Source of the DNA: Amphiscolops sp. MND2022
Lineage: Eukaryota
Direction: 5' to 3'
Length of the DNA: 64,000 nt
Assembly (NCBI GenBank): GCA_964187785.1
Contig: OZ076409.1
Span: 58,344,001-58,408,000 of the forward strand
Shown: positions 1-12,915 of the stretch, piece by piece
How positions within the stretch are numbered: the stretch's first letter is position 1
Layout of the letters: every line of letters starts with the position of its first letter
Made by a program: the position numbers and the translations under genes
The notes under the pieces: model-generated
What the model was told of the DNA's origin: nothing
Seen by the model: only the letters and a program-made list of their open reading frames with translations
Database searches by the model: none

Positions 1-80
1 TTCTAATTTTTACACGTTTTTTTGTCATGTCTCCCGTCATATAATTTAGAGCCTTCATGTCACTCTTAACTTGTTTTCAG

Positions 81-3000
81 ACTTTTCGCAAAGTTCAAGA
101 AGATCCAGGAGATGAACATGCAACCGAGGGTCACCTCAGGTCACGAAGTCACGAAAATATAGAAAGTAAAAAAGGTCATCCGTTGAATGAAGGCAACGTG
201 CCGAAGGAGAAACAGAAAGAATTTCCGGGCACAGAAGAAATAGTAGAGGCAAGATCTCAGATTGGGTTCAGAGGAGAAGGTGATGCGGGAGTGCCCAATG
301 AACACAAACATGTCGATTTTGCTGCCGAATCTAGGACTCAGTCACCATCCAGTAACTCAAAGTATGTTTTTTCCTGCAACAAGTTCTGGTTCTCCAGAGG
401 CATGAATAGAATTTGGAATGTGGGTCACAAAGATCATTCACATGTCTTTCAATTTTAGTTCTGGCAAGATCTCAAAAAATGATGTTGTCTAACCTAATGG
501 GGAAGTGAACTTCGGATGGTTTATCAAAAGCCGAATAGTTTGTCAAATGATATTTTAAAAAAAAACATTTTTTTAACGTTTTTGCGCAAACCGGAATATT
601 ATTGTAACGTGGCAAGTCCAACTTTTGCGGCCAAAAAATCGTTACCGTTTGTTCTCTTTTAGCAGTAGACAAGTTGGATTTTGTTGGCAATAAACAATTG
701 TGTGTTCCGTTGATAAATTGTTCGCTGAAAGCTGTCGAAGAAGTAAATGCACAAGTGTATTAACCTCAAAAGTTAGCTATGTTTTCAGGAGAAACTTTTA
801 TAGCATTTGATCTATTCCCAAAATTAAAAAGAATGTACTTTTCGATTTATTTTGCAGTGGAGGTAATATTGACCGACCAAGGAGCCGATTTTTAAGCAAA
901 ATTTTTCTTTACAGAATAGATGCACAGGATGCAGAGTTGTTGGCTCTTCTTGTGTCCCATCTGTCCAAAAAAGGCAGAAACATCAACCTAAAAGCGATCA
1001 AACAAGCTTGCTATGACGCAGATCTCGACAAATCAACCTTTATTTTCCGCGGAAAAGTAAGTTGTCTTTCGTTTCTCAAATCTTACTTCTCAATCTGGAA
1101 ACAGCAATGAGGTTTTCTTTGTTTTTAAGTTTTTTCCTGTAAAGTTACAAGTTAGTGGTGTGATCGTGTACGTCTAAATTCATTAATTTAAAAATAATTA
1201 TTTTTAAATTAATGAATTTAGACGTACACGATCTTAAGAGATATACCTGCATTGATTTTCATTTTAATGAAGTCTTCCTGTCAACCAGTAGTGTTTTTCT
1301 ATTCTGCCAGCCTGATGGCGTTGAACCATTGATATAAAAGTAGAACGCTTTGTTGACACTATGGAAACAAAATAGTTTCTGGGAGCAGCTTCATTTGAGG
1401 ATTTTTCAACTTATCGGATTTTCTGCTGTGTAATTGCTCAATCGAGCAATCGTGAGTATCTAAAGGTAGTGAAAATATCAGTCATGCTGCACCTCTGCAC
1501 CTTTTGTCATTAAATTACTGTATAGAATAGAATGGCATTGTGGAAATCACTTTCACAGGAATCTTGACCGATGATATTGAGACCTGTCGTTTTCATTTGT
1601 TTTCAGACGAAGGACATTTTGCGCCGAAATGCAGTCTCATTAGATGATTGGCTTCTTGATGCTTTGCTAAACAGATGCGACATCGATAACACCGGTAACA
1701 AGACATGGTTAGAGAAGTTATTTATGCGCTAATTTTAAAATATCAAAGATATTTGTTCAAATTTTTTTCAGTAGATGTGACTGCTTTTCGTTCCGTTGTG
1801 ACTTTTTTGACATTTGAAATATAGAAAAAGCGGTTTGGTTTCTGAATGTACTATTGATTTCAAATGATTCTGCGTGAGAATGATGTAATATATTTCAGCA
1901 TCAGAAAAAATGCTTCAGAAATTTACATGAACTAAAATTTTTTAAAAATCTGATTACATTCAATTCATCATTTCATTCATCATTTCAGCTGGATTGCCGT
2001 GATTGAATTTCTTGAACGCGTGCAGCCATTTACTCTTAAGAAAAGTCTTGTGGAGGAACCAGTTTCGCCTCACAAAAGAGCGCCGACGACCAATCCCATC
2101 ACGAACAATGTCCATGTTAGAAAAGACATTGACACAAAGCCCAACCCTCCTTCCGACAGACCCCTGGAGGTTCCTGCTAACGCCTCTGCTCCACAACAAC
2201 AAGTAGACCACTATCCCGATACTGGATATGATTACTCTCAACTTGAGCAGGCACCCATTTTCAACCCAAGTGATGGTGACGTCCAGTCTAGAGCCGAGAA
2301 CTTGTTCAGGGCATTGAAAAGTGTGGATCTAGACAAAACAGGTTACTTTATTAGAGTCTGTTCCCGTAATGATACATCGAACCTTACTATGTAGAAAGTG
2401 TTCTTAGTTACTAGTATATCTATCATACACTGTCCAGCCAAACAGACACCTCCCCACACGAGATATTTGGAGTAATGTGACGTGATAATAACAATCCTTT
2501 AGGTTTTGCGAAATGTTGCAAATAATGTGCTTACCCTAGTTGAGATTGCAGGAACTTTTAACATGCTGCTGGCCTGCATGCAGGGTAGTTTTTTTATAAA
2601 ACCTAGAAAATTCAGTGGTAATTCAGGTGGTAAATCTTGTAGAATTACACTGCATTTTCCACAATTAAATTTGAAAATAAATACCACTTCATCACCGACA
2701 CGATCACTTTGGATTCGATCACGCAGCTTGATAAAAATCGAATACAACATGTAGTTAATTATTTTGGCATTAAAGTTTCCGTAAGAGTTTTAGAAAATCA
2801 TAATAAAAGTTGCTGCCAACATTAAAGTACATGCTAAAAGTTCAAGAAGTTTCAACAAGGGTAGAGCTCAAGGACTTTTCAGGTTCTGTTTCGGTGGCAA
2901 TTTTTTTTCATACAATTTTTCACTTTTCCTCTTTTTAGGAATGATATCAGCGGACGAAGCCTTACGATTAGTGAAGAGTTACAATGCCGTGTATCATCTG

Positions 3001-3108
3001 GGAATGGACGAGTTTGACGTCATGCGTCATGTGCAAAATGCCACCTACCAGGGAAAAGTGGTGATCGATTCCCTCTGCAGTAGTATACACCTGGAGAGAA
3101 CAGCTTAG
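81..3108 (+). CDS. 3' part of a multi-exon EF-hand protein gene, C1orf87-like; exons 81-361, 858-1056, 1607-1707, 1989-2341, 2939-3108 (5' end lies upstream of the window)
   Basis: All introns are GT-AG with compatible phases (2,0,2,1). The spliced frame is open and contains EF-loop-like motifs DADLDKSTFI, DIDNTGNKTCW and DLDKTGMISADE, then ALRLVKSYNAVYHLGM, which resembles the C1orf87 C-terminus as I recall it. TAG at 3106-3108. The orthology is recalled similarity, not a search result. Confidence 0.8.
1162..1233. repeat. Perfect 72-bp palindrome in an intron
   Basis: gatcgtgtacgtctaaattcattaatttaaaaataa is followed immediately by its exact reverse complement, with no spacer. Confidence 0.95.
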
Positions 3109-3126
3109 AACAGTGAGACGAGATAG

Positions 3127-3132
3127 AATAAA
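3127..3132 (+). promoter_or_regulatory. Putative polyadenylation signal of the EF-hand gene
   Basis: AATAAA 18 nt after the stop codon; more distal sites are possible. Confidence 0.4.
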
Positions 3133-4345
3133 TATGGCGCTGCCTTTTTAGTTTACTGTAATTACCATCAGAACAAAGTTGCCGAAATATATATCTGTAA
3201 ATATTCTTTGATTGTATTTTTGTAAATATTTTGTAAATAACCCAAAGTAGCCTGTATTATGGATGATCAATGATTGAAATTACTAGATATTCTAAACCCA
3301 CTGAAATTGTTTCTACACTGTGGTGTTTAGGAAGTCAATCAGCTTGTTAAGACCAAAGAAACTTATACATTGTATCCAAGGGATTTAAATAAAGGCGGTA
3401 CAAGTAAAACTTGATTAACATCGATTTGAAAAGTTTCATTTCGTTTTGGCCATCTGTAGTAATTTCGGCTGCATCCATTACCACATGGAGTGGCAAGTAG
3501 ACGGTGATTGTGAAAACGCAACTGAAACGCATCCAAATGAACTATTTTGATTTCGTGTTCAGACTCCCGGTTTAATATGTCCACAGACAAAGAGGGTCAT
3601 GAAAAACGATGACAAGACTGCTGGAAGTAAGCTCCGGATACTTAAACAATGCATGCTGCCGATCTTGAGTGTCTTCAACTTCAGGGAAATTGTATATTTC
3701 ATTGAAAGTACTTGAGTAAACCATCAAAATTCAAGACTATTATTATTTGGTAATTAAGCGTCGGATATTGTTAGAACTGATTTGTGATGATTGAAAATCT
3801 GAGTTTTCTATTTCACTTTGAGTATCTCTTCATTAAGTGATGAAAAAACTTTACAGGAAGATTTGTTATTAGAATACATTTTTTCAAAATTGTGCTTTTT
3901 GTAAACTTGAAAAAATGCTTGTTGGTTGTCACGAACTCAACCAACACTTGACGAGCAACTCGTTTTCTAGAATTTTACCATTTGTCAAAATTTGCTGGAA
4001 TTAAGTCTAAAAGCGAAAACGAATCACTGAATTTCAATAATTTTCAGTCGATGCATTGTTCTAAGAGAAAGTGCCTGATTCTTACAAAGAAACAATGACA
4101 GTTTCCGCTCTGAAAGTTCCACTGTTTTATAATCTTACAACTTGAAATTTAAAAATTAATAAATAGGTCCCTCCTTCGAAATTTCGCGTGGTCTTCGAAC
4201 TGCCCCCTTTTGGTTTTTTTGAAGATTTGATTCTATAAAAAGTTCCTTTTTTGACAGCCTTTTGAGCCCATTTGAAAATTTGAGCCCATTTAGCGCCGGC
4301 CTGAGGCGTTACTGTCTTGTTGGATTTTTTTACTCTGATTTGAAT

Positions 4346-5050
4346 AACAAACCGTAAACGGCCCAAGTCGGCAAAGTTCACAACAGTGACGGTTCTTAAA
4401 TATGCAAAGAGACACTATTTTGAGAAATACAGTGCCCAACTGGAAACATCAAAAACTATTTCCAATTTTCGATATTTTTTCCGAATAGAGTCTCATAGTG
4501 CCGAAATATGAGCTTAAAGCTCGCCGAACGCTTTTTTCAGGTCAAAATCATTTTTGAAGTAGGAGTACGAAAAAAACGGAGGCCATTTCCACAATTAATG
4601 AAAAACTCATCCGTTCCACAGAATCAAAATAATCAAAGGTCACTCTTGAAACTCGGAAATTGTTACAGAAAAACGTCAGAAAAATTATTGGAAAAATGTT
4701 TCGAAAAATGTTGGAAATTTATTCAAAATAATTTTTACTTCTTCGGTAAGTCGCACAGTGCGGATGGATAAAAAGTTGCACAGTGCCGAAAAAAGCTCGA
4801 AGGGAGACTCTTTGGTCTCCCCACTACGTTTGCAAGCATAAAAACTTCCGTCAAGTCTGAGACTAGAGCCCACGTGACTTGAACCCCTGCCATCCGAATA
4901 GAAAATCCACGTTAAGCACTGGGGTAAGTGGCAGCGGACTAACTCAAATATACTAACTAATAGAAATGCTTATAGAAAATTGCCATTTGACCGATCCTAA
5001 AAAAGCTACAACTATAGTTAATTCTTTTCTTCAGAAAACGTCCACGAAAA
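4346..5050 (-). mobile_element. Degenerate Helentron/DINE-1-like non-autonomous element (HINE family)
   Basis: Starts aacaaaccgtaaacggcccaagtcggc, a degenerate reverse complement of the family 3' end, and has internal catagtgccgaaa motifs. An opposite-orientation 3' end (gcgccggcctgaggcgttactgtcttgtt) finishes at about 4321. Confidence 0.6.
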
Positions 5051-5865
5051 ACCATAACCTCAAAATTCGCTGCCGATAAGTTACGCTGTTTCTTATCTCC
5101 GTTTGCAGGAATTTGGAGTTCTTCGAAATGCCCACCATTGATTAACAGAAAGCAAATACACATTTTGGTGCATCATGTTATAAGAAAGTATTGGCCCAGT
5201 TTTGTTTATCTTCAATGACTTGTATCTAAAAAGTATCTAAGAGCTGTCCATATCTAGCACAACTCCCTAGAAAAATAAGCAAAGCTAGAAAATAGCACCC
5301 ATTGAAGTTTTTTGTTACTGTGCTACTTTTTTCGGAAAATTTGTTTCAACAAACGGCTTCTTCGGCATTCCCACTGTTGAAAATTCGGAAAAATTTGAGT
5401 TTTTCGGCACTGTGTGAATTGTTTTAGGAAAATTTCTTGAAAAAAAACGTTTTCACAAATTTTATAGTTTGGGTTATTTCAGTCAGAGGAAAATGTTTTA
5501 GACGCGACAGAGTGTGTCTTTGGATTTTTTATATCTGAAATTTTGAGAACTTGTTTGAAGCCACTCTGAGCATGTTTGAGACTTTGAGCATTTTGAGTCT
5601 CAAACGGGGCACTTATTAAAACTAATTATTAATATCCTGGATACTAGTGTTCTATTAAAAGGGAAGCACCGTGAAAAACTTTGGTTCAATGCGAGACTCG
5701 AACCAACTCACTCCCCAGACGTTAAAAAAACGGTTAACGTTCAGGCCAAGTGGCAGTTGAAAGTTATCAAGTTACAACTTCAATAGTTGCTTAGAGAAAC
5801 CAGTCAGTTCTCTGATCTCAAAAAAGCCACTGCTACATAGTCAGCTTTTCTATCAAAAACCCCGA

Positions 5866-6109
5866 CACAAAATCAAAAGGGACTTCAAGAAATAGAAAGG
5901 TAAAACAAACAACACCTAGAATTGCGATTTTCCACAGGTATGTAGACGGCGAGTTTGCATGATCAAACCGAAAGAGCCGGCAGAAAGCAGTCACTTTGAC
6001 TTACGGTTTGATCATGCAAACTCGCCGTCTACATACCTGTGGAAAATCGCAATTCTAGGTGTTTTTGTTTTACCTTTCTATTTCTAGAAGTCCCTCTTGC
6101 TTTTTTGTG
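5866..6109. repeat. Long inverted repeat (about 105-bp arms, about 33-bp loop)
   Basis: cacctagaattgcgattttccacaggtatgtagacggcgagtttgcatgatcaaaccg (ends 5970) is mirrored by cggtttgatcatgcaaactcgccgtctacatacctgtggaaaatcgcaattctaggtg (from 6004). The outer arms are imperfect. Confidence 0.9.
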
Positions 6110-6253
6110 GAAAATTTCTTTTAATCGATTTCTATCGGAAACGATATAAATTTTCTACCTTCCTCAGATTCAGTCCCTCGCGTTTTTGTGGTGAAACGTA
6201 CATAATGGGTAAACGCACGAAACTTTGATTTCATATTCTATTTCCCTACCAAC

Positions 6254-6349
6254 TGTGGAATTAGATTTTAGGTATAATGTGTTTTCAGTATATTGATGTT
6301 GACTTTGTTCGTGTATTAAATAGATATTTGCTCCGACACAAGTTTTACA
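6254..6349 (+). repeat. Copia 5' LTR (96 bp)
   Basis: tgtggaatt...cgacacaagttttaca, followed directly by the PBS; matches 15499-15591. Confidence 0.85.
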
Positions 6350-6430
6350 TGGTAGCAGGAGAATGGTAGCAGTTACGAGAACCCACCAGAGCTGAATGAA
6401 TCGAAAAAGTATGAAGTTTGGAAGAATGGA

Positions 6431-9400
6431 GTGAACCTGTGGAAATTATTGACAGATCTCGATAAAGATAAGCAAGCAATTTCGGTTGTGCTTGGTTTAC
6501 AGGGGAAGTATCGCTGGTTTGCGTTAGAGATTCAAGTGGGAGAACTGAATGCTGAAAACGGCATGGATGTTCTATTGGCCAAGCTAGACAAAGAATTTGA
6601 GAAAGACAGTGCATTGGAGGACTATGACACATACGCTCAGTTTGAAGGACTGGTCAGAGAACATTAAACATCTATAAGCGATTTTATTCAAAATTTCGAA
6701 AATGCGTACAATTTAGCTGCAAAAAACGGCATGACACTGAGTGATCCTGTTAAAGCTTACAAGATTCTCAAGGCAACGCGTTTGACGGTAGAAGATCGCC
6801 ATCTCGTGCTTTCAAATTGTTCAAAGTTAGAGTATGAGGCAGTTAAGAACTCGTTGGAACACATATTTAGTGTCAATGGGCTTGTAGTTGCACAAGAGTG
6901 TAGGTTATTAGTCGTCAAAGAACGTTTGTTACTACAGGATATTATAATCGAGGACGTGGGAGAGGTCGATTTCAACGTGGCTATAATCACGTTGCAAACG
7001 CTGGAAAAGTCCCCAAGCATTATAGCGATGTTAGGAGATGTTATGGATGCGGATCAGAAGATCATTTTATAGAAGACTGTAAAGAGCAGTTTAGGGGTAC
7101 TGGAAATAATAATATGACAGTTCAAGAAAGCTCTACCACCACAGATGAAGATTCCAACATGGAATAAACCTTGCCCATTCCATCCAGAATGTTGCAGATG
7201 AATGCAGTGGACAAGCTATTGTTGATACTGCATGCACGGCCACTGTGTGTGGGTTTGACTGGCTGGAGGATTTCTTAGAAAAAATTCCGGAATGTCAAAG
7301 AAAACTAGTCAAAACTGAAGATGTAGAAAGAAATGTGTTTAACGACGGCAAAAAACACAAACCACTGAAGGCGGTGTATATTCCTATAAAGATCGGCCAG
7401 AACAAAGGAAATCTAAAAACGTTGATTTTAAATAGCAGTTTACCTCTACTCTTGTGCCTCCAGTCGCTAGAGAAACTCAAAGCCAACATCAAGTTATCAG
7501 ACAATGCTCTTTGTATCGGTATCGCAGAAGAGTGTATTTCACTTGAACGCACAAGTTCTGGACATTTAGTAGTCTCAGTCTCACCGATTGTTGAAGATTC
7601 ATACGCGATGATGTGCGTTGGAAACATTGAGTCGTTAACAAAAAAGCAAATAGAGAAGCTCCACAGACAGTTTGGCTATTGTTCAATGTCAAAACTTATC
7701 TCATTTTTGAAATCGGCAGGAAAATGGAGTAAGGGAACTGATTTAGACGTGAAAACGGTAATTGAAGCGTGTTTGATTCGTCAAAGATTTGGCCGTCCAC
7801 AAAACAAGCCTGCGGTCTCCTTGCCTCTATCCATGAAATTCAATGAGTGTGTGGCTATTAATTTACACGAGCTATCAAGAGATGGAAGAGCCTGTTAGTA
7901 TTTGCATATTATAGACCTACTCTCTAACATCTCCCCTGGTGAAGTCGTCTATTCCAAACGACCCGAGGAAGTATTTTCTTGTTTTCATGCCAAATGGGTT
8001 GGTATTTTTGGCCTTCCGCGAAAAGTATTAAGTGACAATGGAGGAGAATTTAACAACGACGATTTCAGAACATTTGGAGAAAACTGTGACGTAAAAAGAA
8101 AATGCACGGCCGCTCAAAGCCCAAGGAGCAATTCTATATGTGAACGGCACAACGCAACCCTATCCGAATGCATTTTGAAGAGATAGGAGGAACAGAATTG
8201 TAATTTGAAACTGCCCTGTCATGTGCTTTGTTAGCTAAGAATGGTCTCCTAAATATCACTGGCTTCTCTCCTTATCAAGTTGTTTTCGGAAGAAATCCAG
8301 TTTTCCCCACATTACTGGATGCATCCGAGGCTGTTTTAGAGTCTAGCAGCACGTCCAGAACTGTAGCTGATTTTTTCAATGCTTTAAAGTCTGCTGGAGC
8401 ACTCGTGCAGAGAATTCAGAACGTATTCGCATAGCCTTGTGACCAAAGGAGAGAGAAATAAAGTTTGTTCCGAATTCAGGTGATGAAATTGTTTACAAAC
8501 GAAACGCCGAAACACAGTGGCGTGGACCTGCGATAGTAACTGGATCAGATGGACTTCGCGTTGTTATCAAACACAGCGGGTACCTTGTAAATGTACACCA
8601 ATCCAGGTTGCGACCTCGTGTTCATAAAGAAAAAAGACCAAAGTTCTGACGAAACTAGTGACAACACAGATATAGGAGCAATGGAACGAGTATGCAGTAG
8701 TAACGAAAGCGAGGACGAATCTACACCAGCTAATTTAGACGCTACACAGATTCATGGGGACTCGATTCATTGTTTGGAGTCGATATATATAACGAGTAAA
8801 CCTTTACAGAATAAATTGCTGGATCGGTATCTGACCCGACAGAAATGCCGAAGAACGTCAAAACACTCAAAACCATCACATTACTGAAAAACAACGTTGT
8901 AATTTCATACATTCCGTCAAAAAGCAATTCATTTGAATACCGTGTGAAAGTTCTAGGAAAAGCTGGAAAAAACGGCAAGAATGGAAAAGGTAAACACAAA
9001 AATTGGCTGAATATTGCTTATTTGGAAGAACCCTATAGAAGTGCTGTAGACTGGGACACCGTAGAATCATGGAAATTTTCTTCAGAAAACGAAGAAAGTC
9101 TTCCTCCTGGTGAAAACGTCGATACAAAGCATTCGGAAAACGAGCCAGAGTCTGGTAAGAACACTTTGCTAGGCGAGGATACAATCGCTTTATTTGTTAC
9201 AGACGAGTTCAATTGCACAAAGAAAGCAGAAATTATTAATTGGCTGAAAAACAACGTTTTTGAAGAGATACAGTATACCGGTCAACAATTAGTGGGTACC
9301 AGATGGGTGTTGAGTAATAAAAATGACGTTAAAAAAGCACGATTAGTTGCAAAAGGGTTCCAAGACAAGACATCGGAAACTGACCCGACACTACGAGATT

Positions 9401-10440
9401 CACCGACATGTTCGAAAGAGTCACTAAAGTCGGGAATATGCATAATGATTTCCAATGGATGGGAACTGGGCTGTCTGGATGTCAAAGCAGCGTTCCTACA
9501 ATGTTTGCCAATATCGCGGGAAATATTTATCGATCCTCCAAAAGAGTTCAGGAAGGACCTAGTTGTATGGGGGGATTACTCAAACACGTATACGGACTAA
9601 ATGATGCGTCGAGAATGTAGTTTCTTAGAATAAAGGAATTCTTCATTGAATGTGGTTTGGAGTCCTCCAAATACGATGCCTGCATTTTCTATCTCAGAAA
9701 AGATAATTTCATTCGCGGCATCATTGCTTTCCACGTAGACGACTTCATTTGGGGAGGAGACGATATTTTCCATCGTTTTATAGCACAGTTCAAGTCAAGT
9801 GTGAATTTGTCATTGGGACAGAAGAATTACGCAAATTTCATTATCTTGGTACACTAATTTATGAAACTGACTCGTGTGTACGTGTAAACCAGACGAAATA
9901 CATCGAAAAGATCTCAGAATTTGATATTAAACAAGATTTTAAAGACGATCGTGAATTAGAAGAGTCTATCAAGGCACAAACACGTTCACTTCTTGGTCAA
10001 CTTCAATGGGTTGCCACGCAAACACGCCCTGATATCGCATCAAGGGTGTCTGACTCATTAGCGAGAGTGCAAAACGAGCCTAAAGTTGGTGACGTCAGAA
10101 CAGCGAACAAACTTGTTCGAGAGTTGCGATTTGAAAAGATTCATACCCTGAAGTTTGCAGTGGAGCCTCCTCTTCATAAATGTATTATCAAGTTAAACAC
10201 AGATGCCTTTTAGGGAATAATATAGACGGAAGCACACAAGGAGGAGTTCTTTTTTATCTGGAAGACCAAAAGCAGAATCGAAACTTGCTGTATTGAAAGG
10301 CACGAAAGCTGAAACGCGTCGTGCACAGTACATTGAATGCCGAAACACTTGCTTTAGTTGAAGGTTTAGACGTTGCAATATCAATCCGGGATCAAATACA
10401 CGAGGTTTCCGGATATTTTCTTATTTTTAGACATACTCTC
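6431..10440 (+). pseudogene. Fragmented Copia gag-pol
   Basis: ORF-track pieces 6431-6667, 6731-7072, 7245-7898, 7902-8186, 8228-8434, 8845-9600, 9657-9857, 9749-10213 and 10321- carry successive Copia motifs. The RNase H C-terminus was not found. Confidence 0.85.
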
Positions 10441-11127
10441 TCCCCGTGTAAAGTGCCTTTGACACGTTATTTCCACACTCAGTCTGTTCAATCCCCAATA
10501 TTACAAATGAAACTGTTGTTAATATATTCTGCTAATGCATTCGTTTAAGGTGTAACATGTTAGTTTATACACAACACTTCTGTTAATTTTCTTTTCACTG
10601 TATGCTGTTATTGATCACACGCTGTTATTGATCACATGCGCAGTAAGTTCTCACGTTGTGCAATGCCAGCATAGTCAGAGACCGCGAATTCATGCTTGAG
10701 CAGTGTCACAACCCGCTCCCGGTCTGGGTTGCAGCTGCAAAAAAATCGGAATTGGAAAAGGGCATGGCTGCAATCTGCGATTCCCGAAATGGTATTTTAA
10801 CTATTAACTTGAAAACTTTAAACCTTAATCTTGAAATAAACTGTGACTGAGAATGTAAAATATACGTCTACTTAGCGCAAACGTTGAATGAAAATGAGAA
10901 CGGAGAATGAAATGAGCAAAAATGATTTCACACATTTCCGGTAAGACGTTTCAGTCACGCCAAAATAACATTCGCCACCTTAAAACTAAATCTAAACATG
11001 CTTTAAAACAAAGAGAGCATAAGCTAGTCTAAATGAAAACATATCCAAATCATTCTCCAAAAAGAACATCAATCAGATCTAAAATGGGAAATACATTGAG
11101 ATGGCACGCCGGAGAATTAAACTTTTT

Positions 11128-12915
11128 CTCCATCCAGAATGTTGCAGATGAATGCAATGGACAAGCTATTGTTGATACTGCATGCACGGCCACGGTGTGT
11201 GGGTTTGACTGGCTGGAGGATTTCTTAGAAAAAATTCCGGAATGTCAAAGAAAACTAGTCAAAACTGAAGATGCAGAAAGAAATGTGTTTAACGACGGCA
11301 AAAAACACAAACCACTGAAGGCGGTGTATATTCCTATAAAGATCGGCCAGAACAAAGGAAATCTAAAAACGTTGATTTTAAATAGCAGTTTACCTCTACT
11401 CTTGTGCCTCCAGTCGCTAGAGAAACTCAAAGCCAACATCAAATTATCAGACAATGCTCTTTGTATCGGTATCGCAGAAGAGTGTATTTCACTTGAACGC
11501 ACAAGTTCTGGACATTTAGTAGTCTCAGTCTCACCGATTGTTGAAGATTCATACGCGATGATGTGCGTTGGAAACATTGAGTCGTTAACAAAAAAGCAAA
11601 TAGAGAAGCTCCACAGACAGTTTGGCTATCTTGGTACACTAATTTATGAAACTGACTCGTGTGTACGTGTAAACCAGACGAAATACATCGAAAAGATCTC
11701 AGAATTTGATATTAAACGAGATTTTAAAGACGATCGTGAATTAGAAGAGTCTATCAAGGCACAAACACGTTCACTTCTTGGTCAACTTCAATGGGTTGCC
11801 ACGCAAACACGCCCTGATATCGCATCAAGGGTGTCTGACTCATTAGCGAGAGTGCAAAACGAGCCTAAAGTTGGTGACGTCAGAACAGCGAACAAACTTG
11901 TTCGAGAGTTGCGATTTGAAAAGATTCATACCCTGAAGTTTGCAGTGGAGCCTCCTCTTCATAAATGTATTATCAAGTTAAACACAGATGCCTTTTAGGG
12001 AATAATATAGACGGAAGCACACAAGGAGGAGTTCTTTTTTATCTGGAAGACCAAAAGCAGAATCGAAACTTGCTGTATTGAAAGGCACGAAAGCTGAAAC
12101 GCGTCGTGCACAGTACATTGAATGCCGAAACACTTGCTTTAGTTGAAGGTTTAGACGTTGCAATATCAATCCGGGATCAAATACACGAGGTTTCCGGATA
12201 TTTTCTTATTTTTAGACATACTCTCTCCCCGTGTAAAGTGCCTTTGACACGTTATTTCCACACTCAGTCTGTTCAATCCCCAATATTACAAATGAAACTG
12301 TTGTTAATATATTCTGCTAATGCATTCGTTTAAGGTGTAACATGTTAGTTTATACACAACACTTCTGTTAATTTATTCTTTTCACTGTATGCTGTTATTG
12401 ATCACACACTGTTTTTGATCACATGCGCAGTAAGTTCTCACGTTGTGCAATGCCAGCATAGTCAGAGACCGCGAATTCATGCTTGAGCAGTGTCACAACC
12501 CGCTCCCGGTCTGGGTTGCAGCTGCAAAAAAATCGGAATTGGAAAAGGGCATGGCTGCAATCTGCGATTCCCAAAATGGTATTTTAACTATTAACTTGAA
12601 AACTTTAAACCTTAATCTTGAAATAAACTGTGACTGAGAATGTGAAATATACGTCTACTTTGCGCAAACTTTGAATGAAAATGAAAACGGAGAATGAAAT
12701 GAGCCAAAATGATTTCACACATTTCCGGTAAGACGTTTCAGTCACGCCAAAATAACATTCGCCACCTTAAAACTAAATCTAAACATGCTTTAAAACAAAG
12801 AGAGCATAAGCTAGTCGAAATGAAAACATATCCAAATCATTCTCCAAAAAGAACATCAATCAGATCTAAAATGGGAAATACATTGAGATGGCACGCCGGA
12901 GAATTAAACTTTTTC
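11128..12915 (+). repeat. Near-identical tandem duplicate of about 7179-11127 with a ~2.2-kb internal deletion
   Basis: 11128-11629 matches 7179-7679, and 11630-12915 matches about 9845-11127, with only scattered substitutions. The deletion junction ggctat|cttggtacac has a 'tat' microhomology. Confidence 0.95.
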
